A DNA stretch of 64,000 nt from Bacillota bacterium (GTDB lineage: Bacteria; Bacillota; Sulfobacillia; Sulfobacillales; Sulfobacillaceae): positions 15,253-79,252 of the forward strand of contig JAJZAN010000003.1 in NCBI GenBank assembly GCA_021799435.1, read 5' to 3'. The notes under the pieces were generated by a model, which saw only the letters and a list, made by a program, of their open reading frames with translations, ran no database searches and was not told where the DNA came from. Made by a program: the position numbers and the translations under genes. Numbering within the stretch: the stretch's first letter is position 1; each line of letters begins with the position of its first letter. Shown one piece after another: positions 40,585 through 50,072 of the stretch.

Positions 40585-40839
40585 CTACTCCTTGGGTAAC
40601 CCTACGAGATCCCAGCGTTCTTCCGCCAAGGCGGAATTTAGAAAGCCCATTTCCTGGTATCCCTGAATCAATGCTTGGCGAATTTCTTGCCGACGCTGCT
40701 CCGCGAGATAATACTCCACACTCTCGCGTATCAGTTCACTACGATGTCGTCCTTCTCCCGACGCCACCTGATCCAAAGCATCTACGAGATGATGCGGTAA
40801 CCTGACCACCACGCGGCGGTTGTCCGTCAAAAGGCCCAC
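40585..40839 (-). CDS. mazE: ribbon-helix-helix antitoxin MazE/EndoAI
   Basis: VVVRLPHHLVDALDQVA...RSELIRESVEYYL...QGYQEMGFLNS parallels B. subtilis EndoAI. Confidence 0.85.
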   Translation of the reverse strand: MGLLTDNRRVVVRLPHHLVDALDQVASGEGRHRSELIRESVEYYLAEQRRQEIRQALIQGYQEMGFLNSALAEERWDLVGLPKE

Positions 40840-40942
40840 CTCTTTTTTCCCGTATCTGGCTCATATTATAACTTTCGGCGAAATCCGGGTCAATTGGCTG
40901 TATTGCCCGGTAGAACGGCCCTGCACGCCCGCTGGCGCCGTC

Positions 40943-42097
40943 TCACGATTGGAAGCGGTCCCAATGCCGGGGAACCCGAGCACTGATGCTGGTCAACATC
41001 TCATAGCTGATGGTGTCTGCCCAGTCCGCCAGTTCTTCCATAGTAACTTCCGCCGCCCCGTCCCGGCCCGCCAGCACCACCACATCGCCTGGCTGGACGG
41101 CGAGGCCCTCCGGAACCCGCACGGTCAGCTGGTCCATGGAGATTCGACCGACTACCGGGCAGCGGCGTCCATGAATGAGAACTTCGGCCCGATTGGACAA
41201 CGCCCGTCGGTAACCGTCCGCATATCCGACCGCGACCGTAGCAATCGTCTCGTCCGCTCCAGCCCGGTAGGTATGGTGATACCCAATCGCAAACCCATGT
41301 GTCACCCGCTTTACTTGCGTCACGCGACTAACCCATGTCAGCGCAGGCGTCAAAGCTGGCGCGCCTGCATAAGGAACGGCTCCGTACAGCCCTAGGCCCA
41401 CGCGCACCATCGTGAAGTGAGTCCCCGGAAAGCGCAGGGTGGCAGCGGTATTGGCCAAGTGGATGTCGGGAGGCAATGCCGTCTGGGAAGCGCGGATGGC
41501 TTCAATCACCTCCAGAAACTGACTGAGCTGCTGACGCGTGGGCAGCGTGTCAGGTACGTCGCTGCATGCGAGATGCGACATGAGTCCCTGCCATTTCACC
41601 AGGGGGTGGTTGACGATCCGAGGGACCCAAATCTGCAATGCCTCCGCGGGTGTCACTCCTAGTCGCCCCATGCCGGTATCCACTTTCAGGTGAACCCGCA
41701 CCCGCCGGCCCAGCCGCTCGGCCGCACGCACCAGTGCTTCCCACCATGCGTCGTGGAACACCGTCACATCGAGATTCATTTCGAGGGCTGCTTCCGCTTC
41801 GCCGGCATTGACCGCTCCCAGCACAAGAATGGGGGCATCGATGCCGCCGTCGCGGAGCGCCCGGCCCTCCAGCACGGTCGCCACGCCTAAAGCGCCCGCG
41901 CCTGCCTCCAGCGCTGCCCGGGCCACCCGAAGCGCGCCGTGTCCGTATCCGTCAGCCTTCACCACCGCCATCACCTTGACCTGTGATCCCACCACGTCGC
42001 GAAAGAGACGGGTATTTGCGCGGACAGCTTCCGGATCGATCCACACCTCGGTGCCACGCTTGTCCTCCATCATGATGTCAGCCCTCTCTCTTGCCAT
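40943..42097 (-). CDS. alr: alanine racemase
   Basis: MAVVKADGYGHG (PLP lysine), ...VGYADGY... and ISMDQLTV. The start may instead be the ATG pair at 42073/42070. Confidence 0.93.
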   Translation of the reverse strand: MARERADIMMEDKRGTEVWIDPEAVRANTRLFRDVVGSQVKVMAVVKADGYGHGALRVARAALEAGAGALGVATVLEGRALRDGGIDAPILVLGAVNAGEAEAALEMNLDVTVFHDAWWEALVRAAERLGRRVRVHLKVDTGMGRLGVTPAEALQIWVPRIVNHPLVKWQGLMSHLACSDVPDTLPTRQQLSQFLEVIEAIRASQTALPPDIHLANTAATLRFPGTHFTMVRVGLGLYGAVPYAGAPALTPALTWVSRVTQVKRVTHGFAIGYHHTYRAGADETIATVAVGYADGYRRALSNRAEVLIHGRRCPVVGRISMDQLTVRVPEGLAVQPGDVVVLAGRDGAAEVTMEELADWADTISYEMLTSISARVPRHWDRFQS

Positions 42098-42100
42098 CCC

Positions 42101-43621
42101 CTAGCTCCACCAACGCACCGAATGGGGCGGACGCGCGTCCCTCACCGCTTGAGCGGCCGGGCCGATCCAATCCACCAAATCGGCGGCCGTAATCAATCCC
42201 TCTGCAGCGCCGCCCAGTTCTCCCGCCCAACCATGCCAATAGGCGGCCAGAGCTAAGGCTTTCCCCGTATCCAAACCGGCCGCGAGGAGCCTCCCCGCGA
42301 TACCTGCCAGTACGTCTCCGCTTCCTGCCGTAGCTAAGGAGGCGTCTCCGGTTGGATTGGCCCACATCAAATCGCGCGCTGCCACCAGGGTGAACCGCCC
42401 CTTGAGGAGAATCGTTCCCCCTACTTGTTGGGCAGCTTGCGTGAGAGCCTGCCGTCTATCCGCGTTGACCGCCGACGCCGGCTGGCCGAGCAGCGCCCCC
42501 AACTCGGCCGCATGCGGTGTTAAGCCCCAGTGGTCCGGCACTCGCCGGCCCAGGCGAGCCAAGAGTCGAATGCCATCCGCATCCAGCACCACAGGCTTTC
42601 CGGATGCAATCAGTCCGTCAAGCAGGTGCGCGTCCCCCTCTGGTCCCAATCCCGGCCCAAACACGATGGCGTCTGCGGCCGCCACCCGTTGTTGCAGCAC
42701 CGGGCTCCAACGCAAAGAGCCCGATGCACTCTCTTCCCCATCATGCACAATCAACGTCGGGGCTAGTGCGACCCTGCCGCGCGCACTGCCTGGCAGCACC
42801 AGTTCAACCAGCCCCGCCCCTGCCTTCAAAGCAGCCAACGCGGCCATGACGGGAGCGCCGGGCATGGACCGACAGCCGCCCACGACCAGAACCCGCCCAC
42901 GACGATACTTGTGATCGAGGCGTCCCGACTCCGGAAACCAGTTCTGGGCCCTCTCGGGCGTGACCCAGCATCCACTGGAAGCAGATCCCGTCTGCACGGG
43001 CAGACCAATGTCGGCCACGGTCACCTGATCCACCAGGCCGGCCGCAGGGTAGCCTAACAAGCCCCACTTGGCCTGACCCATGGTCAGCACCGCGCTCCAG
43101 GGCACAGGCGGTCCGTCATAGGCCCCGGTATCAGCATTGACACCAGACGGTACATCGACCGCCAAAACCGGGACATGCCGGCGAGCCAACTGGTCCAGCC
43201 ATTCGCCGGACGATCGGTCACTGACTCGGCCGCGAAATCCGGTCCCGAACAGAGCGTCCACCACCACGGCCGCCTGATCCAAAGCGGATTCAGCCTGCTG
43301 TCCGGTGACAACCTCGACCCCGGCAGCCCGCGCGGCCTTCACCCAACCATCCGCACCAGCAAAACGCGGCGCCGCTGCTGGGATCACCGAGACGGGGCGG
43401 TCATGGGCTAAATGCTGGGCAGCCACCCAGCCATCACCGCCGTTGGAGCCGGGTCCCGCCACCACCACGACCGCACCACGCGGCATCTCTGCTCGCACGA
43501 AGCGCGCCACTTGGAATCCCGCCACGCCCAGCAGTGCAGCATCGGATAAGCCGATCTCGACCGCCTGCCTGTCGGCAGCGCGGGCCTCCTCAACTGTCCA
43601 GATCCCACTCCCCGTGCGCAT
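42101..43621 (-). CDS. nnr: bifunctional NAD(P)H-hydrate repair enzyme (epimerase/dehydratase)
   Basis: N-terminal YjeF_N (GPGSNGGDG) and C-terminal carbohydrate kinase (GSGDVLAG). I prefer ATG 43621, which has AGGAG 8 nt upstream. The ORF-track start is 43666. Confidence 0.9.
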   Translation of the reverse strand: MRTGSGIWTVEEARAADRQAVEIGLSDAALLGVAGFQVARFVRAEMPRGAVVVVAGPGSNGGDGWVAAQHLAHDRPVSVIPAAAPRFAGADGWVKAARAAGVEVVTGQQAESALDQAAVVVDALFGTGFRGRVSDRSSGEWLDQLARRHVPVLAVDVPSGVNADTGAYDGPPVPWSAVLTMGQAKWGLLGYPAAGLVDQVTVADIGLPVQTGSASSGCWVTPERAQNWFPESGRLDHKYRRGRVLVVGGCRSMPGAPVMAALAALKAGAGLVELVLPGSARGRVALAPTLIVHDGEESASGSLRWSPVLQQRVAAADAIVFGPGLGPEGDAHLLDGLIASGKPVVLDADGIRLLARLGRRVPDHWGLTPHAAELGALLGQPASAVNADRRQALTQAAQQVGGTILLKGRFTLVAARDLMWANPTGDASLATAGSGDVLAGIAGRLLAAGLDTGKALALAAYWHGWAGELGGAAEGLITAADLVDWIGPAAQAVRDARPPHSVRWWS

Positions 43622-43994
43622 CCGCATCACTCCTGACCAAAAGCACCGTCGCCACCGCATAGGCATCTTCGTGGCTCAGCGATAAATGTACCTGATAATC
43701 ATGCATGGAGAGCCACTCCCCTAGCGGGCCGTGAACCGTGAGGTGCGGAGCCCGACTAGGCCTCCGACGCACTTCAATGTCGCAGTACCTGCTTCCATGA
43801 AGACCCCCGGCCGCCTTGATCAGGGCCTCCTTGGCGGCGAATCGACTCGCTAAACGGGGGCCTCGCTGCCGACCTTGACCGGCATCGGCCACCTCGCCAG
43901 GCGAAAACAGCCGCGACAGCGCGGGCGGGCGCCGATTCAAGAGACGCTCCACGCGCTCGACGGCCGTAATGTCGACCCCCATGCCTCGAATCAT
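43590..43994 (-). CDS. acpS: holo-[acyl-carrier-protein] synthase
   Basis: MIRGMGVDITAVERV...FAAKEALIKA. ATG 43994 forms an ATGA overlap with the upstream methyltransferase stop. Confidence 0.9.
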   Translation of the reverse strand: MIRGMGVDITAVERVERLLNRRPPALSRLFSPGEVADAGQGRQRGPRLASRFAAKEALIKAAGGLHGSRYCDIEVRRRPSRAPHLTVHGPLGEWLSMHDYQVHLSLSHEDAYAVATVLLVRSDADAHGEWDLDS

Positions 43995-44590
43995 CGCTTT
44001 TCCACAGTCAAGCCCCACGTGACAGGTCCGCCGGACCACTCCTCGACAACGTCAAAACCCGCGCCTTCCACCTCTGCCGCGACCTCTTTGGCGCTCATTC
44101 GAACGCTCAGGGGAGGCCCCGATTCCGTCTCCTCCTTGAGCCAATCGACAATCACCCACCGGCCGCCCGGCTTCAAAATTCGATGCATTTCGCGGAGTGC
44201 AAGGGGGCGATCCGACACATCGTGATACATGGTGTGCCATACCACCCGGTCCACCGTGTTGTCCGGAAGGCCGGTGTCTTCCGCCGGGGCCAAGAAAACC
44301 TCAATCTGTCCCAGCCCTTCCCGCGCAGCGCGCTCCCGAATGGCCGACACACCGTCTTCACTGGGGTCGATGGCCAGGACGCGTCCACTGGCACCTACTG
44401 CGACGGCCAACGGAAAAGTCAGCCACCCCAATCCTGCCCCAACATCCGCTACGCGGGTACCCAGCCCCGCATTCAAATGCTCCAGCACCACTTCCGGAGG
44501 CATTATGCGCGCCCGATCGGGGTGCTGCAGCCGCTTCAATTGCTCCATGCCCCACGGTCCATGATGATGATGTCCTGATTGATTTGCCAT
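43991..44590 (-). CDS. class I SAM-dependent methyltransferase
   Basis: Motif I VADVGAGLGWLTFPLA and LKPGGRWVIVDW. Confidence 0.8.
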   Translation of the reverse strand: MANQSGHHHHGPWGMEQLKRLQHPDRARIMPPEVVLEHLNAGLGTRVADVGAGLGWLTFPLAVAVGASGRVLAIDPSEDGVSAIRERAAREGLGQIEVFLAPAEDTGLPDNTVDRVVWHTMYHDVSDRPLALREMHRILKPGGRWVIVDWLKEETESGPPLSVRMSAKEVAAEVEGAGFDVVEEWSGGPVTWGLTVEKR

Positions 44591-44703
44591 TGTGAGTCTC
44601 CTTTCGCGCTCAGGGATACTTTTTCAACATTGGGTCAGCCTATACCTACACGCTCGGAAGGAAGGGATGCCCCATCGGCCACCACCATTCGTTCCTGCCC
44701 CTG

Positions 44704-45042
44704 TTGCTTATCGGCCTGGGGCTCTCAATCAGCGCTTGTGGATCGGGTCCCGCTCAGGCACCCGGTCCCGTCTCCGCCCCGAGCAGCGCCGCCTTATACC
44801 AGCAAACCTGCGCCTATTGCCACGGTTCACAAGGCCAAGGCGACGTGCGCTTGAACGCCCCAAGACTTTGGGGACCCGGCAACCTGGTGCAGCACAGCAC
44901 CTACAGCACCCTAAGTCCGCTAAGCGCCTTCATCCGCCAGTACATGCCGCTTGAGCCCGTCAACGGTGTGAACCCGGGCAGCCTCACCCAAGCACAGGCC
45001 AAGAATTTGGCTCAGTACATCCTGTCCCACAATCACCCCTAG
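44704..45042 (+). CDS. small c-type cytochrome lipoprotein; 5' end probably frameshifted (see findings)
   Basis: Haem site CAYCHG and lipobox LSISAC. There is no RBS before TTG 44704. A strong RBS+ATG at 44656-44669 is one base out of frame. Confidence 0.75.
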   Translation: MLIGLGLSISACGSGPAQAPGPVSAPSSAALYQQTCAYCHGSQGQGDVRLNAPRLWGPGNLVQHSTYSTLSPLSAFIRQYMPLEPVNGVNPGSLTQAQAKNLAQYILSHNHP

Positions 45043-45043
45043 C

Positions 45044-46285
45044 TTACAACACCGAGCTGTGGTTGACAGCCGCCCGCCGGCCATCGACGTAGACCTCGCG
45101 CACCAGGTTGGTGCCGTAATAATAGGTGGGAAAGGCATAATGGTCGCAGTCCCATACGACAAAATCGGCTGGCACCCCCACAGCCAACCGGCCGGATTGG
45201 GGACGTCGCAGAGCTTCGGCGCCAGCTCTGGTCACGCTGGTCCAGACCTCTTCCGGAGTAAAGCGCAGCCATGACGCGGCCCATGGCATGAGGGAGGACA
45301 AGGAATCGGTTGGCGAAGACCCGGGATTGCCATCCGAGCCAACTGCCACCCACCCGCCGGCCGCAAGCATGGCCCGAGCATCGGCCATATGGCCGTGGTT
45401 CAGGTAGCGAGCGGTGCCAGGCAGGATGACCGCCACCGTGCCCGCCTCGGCCATAGCTCCGAAAGACTCAGGGGTCGTAAAGGCACAGTGGTCGGCCGAA
45501 TCCGCGCCGAGGCTCGCCGCCAACGTTCCTCCACCGCCATCAGCCAGCTCATCAATGTGCAACTTGACACGCAGGCCGTGGCGCTTCGCCGCTTGCAGAT
45601 AGGCACGTGAGCTCTCCACGGAAAACACCCCTGGCTCACAGAAAATGTCCACCACCTCAGCCAATCCGGGCAGGTGCGGCAAATATTCAGAGGCCAAGTA
45701 GACCAGAAAGTCGTCGGGTCTCCCCTGAAACTCCGGAGGCACCGCATGAGCCCCCAGGGCGGTGGCAGCCACCCGCCAAGGGCCTTCTTGCGCTAATCGC
45801 GCGATGAGCTTCAAGAGCCGCAACTCGCCCTTGGCCGTGAGGTCGTATCCGCTCTTCACTTCCAAGGTTGTCGTGCCTGCCGAGAAGGCCCGACTCAGAC
45901 GCTTGCGGGTTTCCCAAAGCAATTCATCGTCGCTGGCGTTGCGGGTTTTCTGCACCGTGGACAAGATGCCGCCCCCGGCTTGCAAGATTTCCAGGTAGGT
46001 CCGGCCTTCAGCACGCATCCGCACTTCATAGGACCGATCGCCGGCGTACAGGAGGTGCGTGTGGGCGTCCACCAGCCCCGGCGACACCAGAGCCCCCTCC
46101 ACATCCACTTCCAGCCCGTCATATTCCACCGGCAAGTCCTGGTCCAAGCCCAGCCACCGCACGTGCCCGTCTTCGACCACCATGGCCGCATCCATGAGCG
46201 CCCTGAACGCGTCCCGCGGCCCAACCCCATCCATGGTCAGCAACTCACCCATATGCCGAATGATGACGCGATCCACGCTTTTCAC
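45044..46285 (-). CDS. hutI: imidazolonepropionase
   Basis: GLVDAHTHLLYAGDRSYE...YLEILQAGGGILSTVQKTR. Confidence 0.9.
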   Translation of the reverse strand: MKSVDRVIIRHMGELLTMDGVGPRDAFRALMDAAMVVEDGHVRWLGLDQDLPVEYDGLEVDVEGALVSPGLVDAHTHLLYAGDRSYEVRMRAEGRTYLEILQAGGGILSTVQKTRNASDDELLWETRKRLSRAFSAGTTTLEVKSGYDLTAKGELRLLKLIARLAQEGPWRVAATALGAHAVPPEFQGRPDDFLVYLASEYLPHLPGLAEVVDIFCEPGVFSVESSRAYLQAAKRHGLRVKLHIDELADGGGGTLAASLGADSADHCAFTTPESFGAMAEAGTVAVILPGTARYLNHGHMADARAMLAAGGWVAVGSDGNPGSSPTDSLSSLMPWAASWLRFTPEEVWTSVTRAGAEALRRPQSGRLAVGVPADFVVWDCDHYAFPTYYYGTNLVREVYVDGRRAAVNHSSVL

Positions 46286-47196
46286 CCTCTCTCATCCCAG
46301 TCGCCCTCTCGGAGGGCTGCTTCCAGCACTCGATGCCAACGGAAGTCTTGAAGTGCAATATAGTGCTGCATGACATCCTCGACAGCTTGGGCCGGCATCA
46401 GGCCGACCAACTCCGTCGACGCCACGTCTGTTCCGCGCGCCCGAGACTCCGCCCGCACCCGCTCCAGAACAATCGGCAGCGGGGTCGTGGGATAGTCCAC
46501 TAGATTCATGGACACCTGCACCTGCCCTCGGCTCCGACGGGTATCCATGGCCAAAGCCTTGACACCTGGAAGACCGCCTGACGACGCTCGCACCGCGCGT
46601 GCCACAGCCCGAGCAATGGCCAAGTCGTCCGTCGTTAAGTACACGTTGAAGGCGATCAAAGGACGTCTGGCACCGATCGCCACCGCTCCTGCGAGCGGGT
46701 GCGGGGCAGCCGGCCCGACATCCGGCGGGTGTTTCCCCAGCCGCACCGCCAATCCTTCAAATTGTCCGCGGCGCACATCGGCCAGATTGCGACGATCAGC
46801 ATGCAAGGCCGCCGCCTCATAAAAGAAAACAGGCAATCCCAACTGAGTCCCAGCCCATGCGCCCAGCCGATGCGCCAGCGCGACTGCCTCCTCCATGGGC
46901 GTGTCGTCCAAGGGAACGAACGGCACCACATCGACAGCCCCAATACGCGGATGAGTTCCCTGGTGGCGAGTCAAGTCGATAGTGTCCACTGCGACCGTCA
47001 TGGTCCGTTGAACGGCCGACAAAAGCGGCTCCGCATCGCCCGCCAAGGTCAACACCGACCGGTTGTGATCGGGGTCCGCCTCGAAGTCCAGGATCTGCAC
47101 GCCGGCGGCTTCGGCAGCCCGGCGAATGCGAGCCAGCACCTCGGGACGACGGCCCTCTGAAAAGTTCGGGATGCACTCGAAACGCGGCTTAGACAC
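46282..47196 (-). CDS. ftcD: glutamate formimidoyltransferase
   Basis: FECIPNFSEGRR near the N-terminus. I prefer GTG 47196, which overlaps the upstream stop by 8 nt. The ORF-track start is 47244. 4-nt overlap with the hutI start. Confidence 0.85.
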   Translation of the reverse strand: MSKPRFECIPNFSEGRRPEVLARIRRAAEAAGVQILDFEADPDHNRSVLTLAGDAEPLLSAVQRTMTVAVDTIDLTRHQGTHPRIGAVDVVPFVPLDDTPMEEAVALAHRLGAWAGTQLGLPVFFYEAAALHADRRNLADVRRGQFEGLAVRLGKHPPDVGPAAPHPLAGAVAIGARRPLIAFNVYLTTDDLAIARAVARAVRASSGGLPGVKALAMDTRRSRGQVQVSMNLVDYPTTPLPIVLERVRAESRARGTDVASTELVGLMPAQAVEDVMQHYIALQDFRWHRVLEAALREGDWDERG

Positions 47197-49198
47197 CGGG
47201 GCGCACCCTGGCTCGGGCGCTGTAGAAGGTCGCCCCGCCGCCATAATCCGCCAGCGTGGAGGAGGTCAGTTGATTGACATTGCTGCCGCCCGCCGCTATG
47301 TTCCAACGCACCGCGTAGCTGACCACCGTCCCCGGCTGCGGTACACGGCTGGCCTTTAACTGCATTCGCGTCTCGCCGTAGCGATTGTACACGATAACCC
47401 ACGCCCCAGCTGTCAACGCCAATCTCGCTATGTCATCCGGGTGCATCAAAAGCTCGGGGCGGCCCTCTTTCACCACCGACGCCACGTTCCCGAACGAGGA
47501 CTTGATGGTTTCACGCCGGGATGGAGACAGAAGATGGAACTCATCCGGTTCCAGCGGGGACAAGTCCTTGGGCGCAATGGGCACGGGAAGCGGCGCCATA
47601 TTGAACCGTCCATCCGGTCTGGGGATGCCGGTGTCGATAAAAGGGCGCACGGCGGGATCCAGCCTGACTTTTTGCACGGGTTGCTGCTGAAGGGCATCCC
47701 AGGTAATTCCCTGCATCCATGCCGCGTCGGACTCCAAGGCCGTGCGAATCAGGTCTTCGTCGGATGCGGTGAAGGCAGGGTCGTGCCACCCCATGGCCCC
47801 TGCCAACCGTCGGAAGAATTCGGGATTGGAGACCGAGTGGCCCAACGGTTCCGCAGCCGGCATGCTTAACTGCACATAGCGGTGCCAATAGGATGTATGC
47901 AAATCCAAGGTCTCCAGCGACATAGCCGCGGGAAAGACCCAGTCCGCCCACCGAGCAGTGTCCGTCATCATTTGCTCGTGCACAATGGTCAGGAGGTCTC
48001 TGCGCGCCAAGCCCTTTAGCACAGAATCCTGCTCTGGAGCCGTAGCGGCGGGGTTGCTGTTATAGACAATGAGAGCACGGATGGGCGGGTCATCGAGCGT
48101 CAGGAGCGCCTCGCCCAGCTTTAGCATGTTCACACTGCGCACCGGGCTAGTCCGCAAATCCGGCCGGGTCAATCCGTCCCAATTCAGACCGAACGCATCG
48201 CCATTGCTGGCCAGATGTCCGCCGCCAACGTCCTGCGGCGATCCCACGAGCAGAGACAGACAAGAAATCGCCCACACGGTCTTGGCCGCATCATGCTGCC
48301 GCTGGCTGCCGTACCCCGTTCGGAACAAAATGGGTCTCACGGCGGCCAACTGTTCCACCAACCGATCAAATTCCCCGCCATCCAATCCTGTCGCCGCCAG
48401 CGTCCGCTCTCGCGTCCAGGCCTGGGCCACCTGTTCGAACTCGTCGAATCCTGTGACATACCGCTCGAGGAAATCGGGGCGATGCTGCCCTTGGGCAATG
48501 ATGGCTGCCGCCAGACCTAACGCCAGCGCATAGTCACTGCCCGGCCGCAATGCCAAATGCTGGCCGTATCGCTCGACGGTCGCCGTCCGCAACGGATCAA
48601 TACACCAAATGTCGGCCCCCTGCTCCCGCGCCCGGTCCAGCAGCGGAATCTGGTGCACATTTGTGGCCATGGGGTTTGTACCCCACAGGAGAATCAATCG
48701 GGCCGCTGGAATGGTCTCCGGGTCCGGTCCCAATTGGGACCCATAAACCCAGCGCAATGCAGCGCCCGTGGAAGCCGTGCAGATGGTGCGTTCAAGCTCC
48801 GAAGCGCCGATGGCGTGAAAGAACCGCGCATCCATAGAGGATCCACTCAGAATCCCCATGTTGCCGGCAAAACTGTACGGCAGCACCGCCTGGCCGCCTG
48901 ACTCCGCCACGATGCGGCGCAAAGCCGAGCCCACCTCCTGCAGGGCGTCATTCCAGCTGACTGGTTGAAACTGGCCCGACCCCTTGGGTCCCGACCTCTT
49001 CAAGGGAACCGTGATCCGTTCCGAGTGGTAGAGGCGGTCCAAGTAGCGGTTGACTTTGAAGCACAAAAATCCTCGTGTGATGGGATGGTCGGCATCACCG
49101 TCGACGCGGACTATGCGGCCATTCTCGGCGGTCACCGTCAATCCACAGGTATCATAACAGTCGTGGGGACACGTCCCATGCACAACCCGCCGATCCAC
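47189..49198 (-). CDS. molybdopterin (bis-MGD) oxidoreductase, cytoplasmic
   Basis: N-terminal 4Fe-4S motif CPHDCYDTCGL plus MopB and C-terminal dimethylsulfoxide-reductase-type beta-barrel regions. No Tat signal. Confidence 0.85.
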   Translation of the reverse strand: MDRRVVHGTCPHDCYDTCGLTVTAENGRIVRVDGDADHPITRGFLCFKVNRYLDRLYHSERITVPLKRSGPKGSGQFQPVSWNDALQEVGSALRRIVAESGGQAVLPYSFAGNMGILSGSSMDARFFHAIGASELERTICTASTGAALRWVYGSQLGPDPETIPAARLILLWGTNPMATNVHQIPLLDRAREQGADIWCIDPLRTATVERYGQHLALRPGSDYALALGLAAAIIAQGQHRPDFLERYVTGFDEFEQVAQAWTRERTLAATGLDGGEFDRLVEQLAAVRPILFRTGYGSQRQHDAAKTVWAISCLSLLVGSPQDVGGGHLASNGDAFGLNWDGLTRPDLRTSPVRSVNMLKLGEALLTLDDPPIRALIVYNSNPAATAPEQDSVLKGLARRDLLTIVHEQMMTDTARWADWVFPAAMSLETLDLHTSYWHRYVQLSMPAAEPLGHSVSNPEFFRRLAGAMGWHDPAFTASDEDLIRTALESDAAWMQGITWDALQQQPVQKVRLDPAVRPFIDTGIPRPDGRFNMAPLPVPIAPKDLSPLEPDEFHLLSPSRRETIKSSFGNVASVVKEGRPELLMHPDDIARLALTAGAWVIVYNRYGETRMQLKASRVPQPGTVVSYAVRWNIAAGGSNVNQLTSSTLADYGGGATFYSARARVRPGV

Positions 49199-49246
49199 AG
49201 GCGCCCCCCCTCACATCCCGTCTTCTCTTTATTGTAGCATTGACAA

Positions 49247-49903
49247 TCAGATCGGAGGCGGTGTTCGCGCCAACACCTGGGGACGACGCGGTCCCGACAC
49301 ACCCGGATGCCCGTCGACCCAAAACCGCCATGGCCACTGCTGGGCCTCTTCCGCATAGGCGATGTTAATGCGGGGACCAGACGCAATCGTATAGGTCGGC
49401 CAGGGACGACCGGGATAAGCTAAGTAAAGGGGTGGCTCCCAAAGGGGCTGATCATACGCCCGACGGTCTATTCCCATTGCCCGGCACAGCTTGCCTGGGC
49501 CTGATGCCAATCGGTGAGGATTGGGAGGCCTGGTACCCAGCGGCTGACGCATCAACATGGTGTCGATGCCGTCCAGCGGCTCTAGGGCCCGCACTAGGAT
49601 AGCATGCGGCACACCCTCAGGCGCCGACACCACATTGAAGCACCAATACATTCCGTAAATAAGATAGACGTATGCGTGACCTGCGGGTCCATACATCACT
49701 TGGGTGCGGGCGGTGGGGATTCCGCCATAGCTGTGCGCTCCCTTGTCATGAGGCCCTTGATACATTTCGCATTCCACAATGCGCCCGGCCGTCGTCCCCT
49801 CCGGTGTCTCGTGCACCAGCACCAAACCCAGCAAACGCTTCGCCAACACGTCGGTCGGCTCACGGAACAACTCGCGATCAACAATCTGTGTTCGCCACGT
49901 CAT
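49247..49903 (-). CDS. mpg: DNA-3-methyladenine glycosylase (Mpg/AAG family)
   Basis: LAKRLLGLVLVHE...GRIVECEMYQGPHDKGAHSY...GHAYVYLIYGMYWCFNV. Start set at ATG 49903. The ORF-track start 50176 adds 91 implausible residues. Confidence 0.88.
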   Translation of the reverse strand: MTWRTQIVDRELFREPTDVLAKRLLGLVLVHETPEGTTAGRIVECEMYQGPHDKGAHSYGGIPTARTQVMYGPAGHAYVYLIYGMYWCFNVVSAPEGVPHAILVRALEPLDGIDTMLMRQPLGTRPPNPHRLASGPGKLCRAMGIDRRAYDQPLWEPPLYLAYPGRPWPTYTIASGPRINIAYAEEAQQWPWRFWVDGHPGVSGPRRPQVLARTPPPI

Positions 49904-50072
49904 AGCGTCATGGTAGCAAAGCAGCGCGAAACCGCCAAATCCGGTGAATATGTGTGCCGCAAGCGCCCCCTGTTCCTCCGGGGATGCCCGGACATGCCAC
50001 CCGCATGCCTGTTTGCTAGGATTTTGGTTCACAGGCGAGCACGGTCGTTTATGATGAAGACCGGGTGATGTT

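Noticed and set aside
40217-40839. MazEF as part of a mobile defence island
   Set aside because: It sits in the conserved alr context, with no integrase, transposase or repeats and no visible composition shift.
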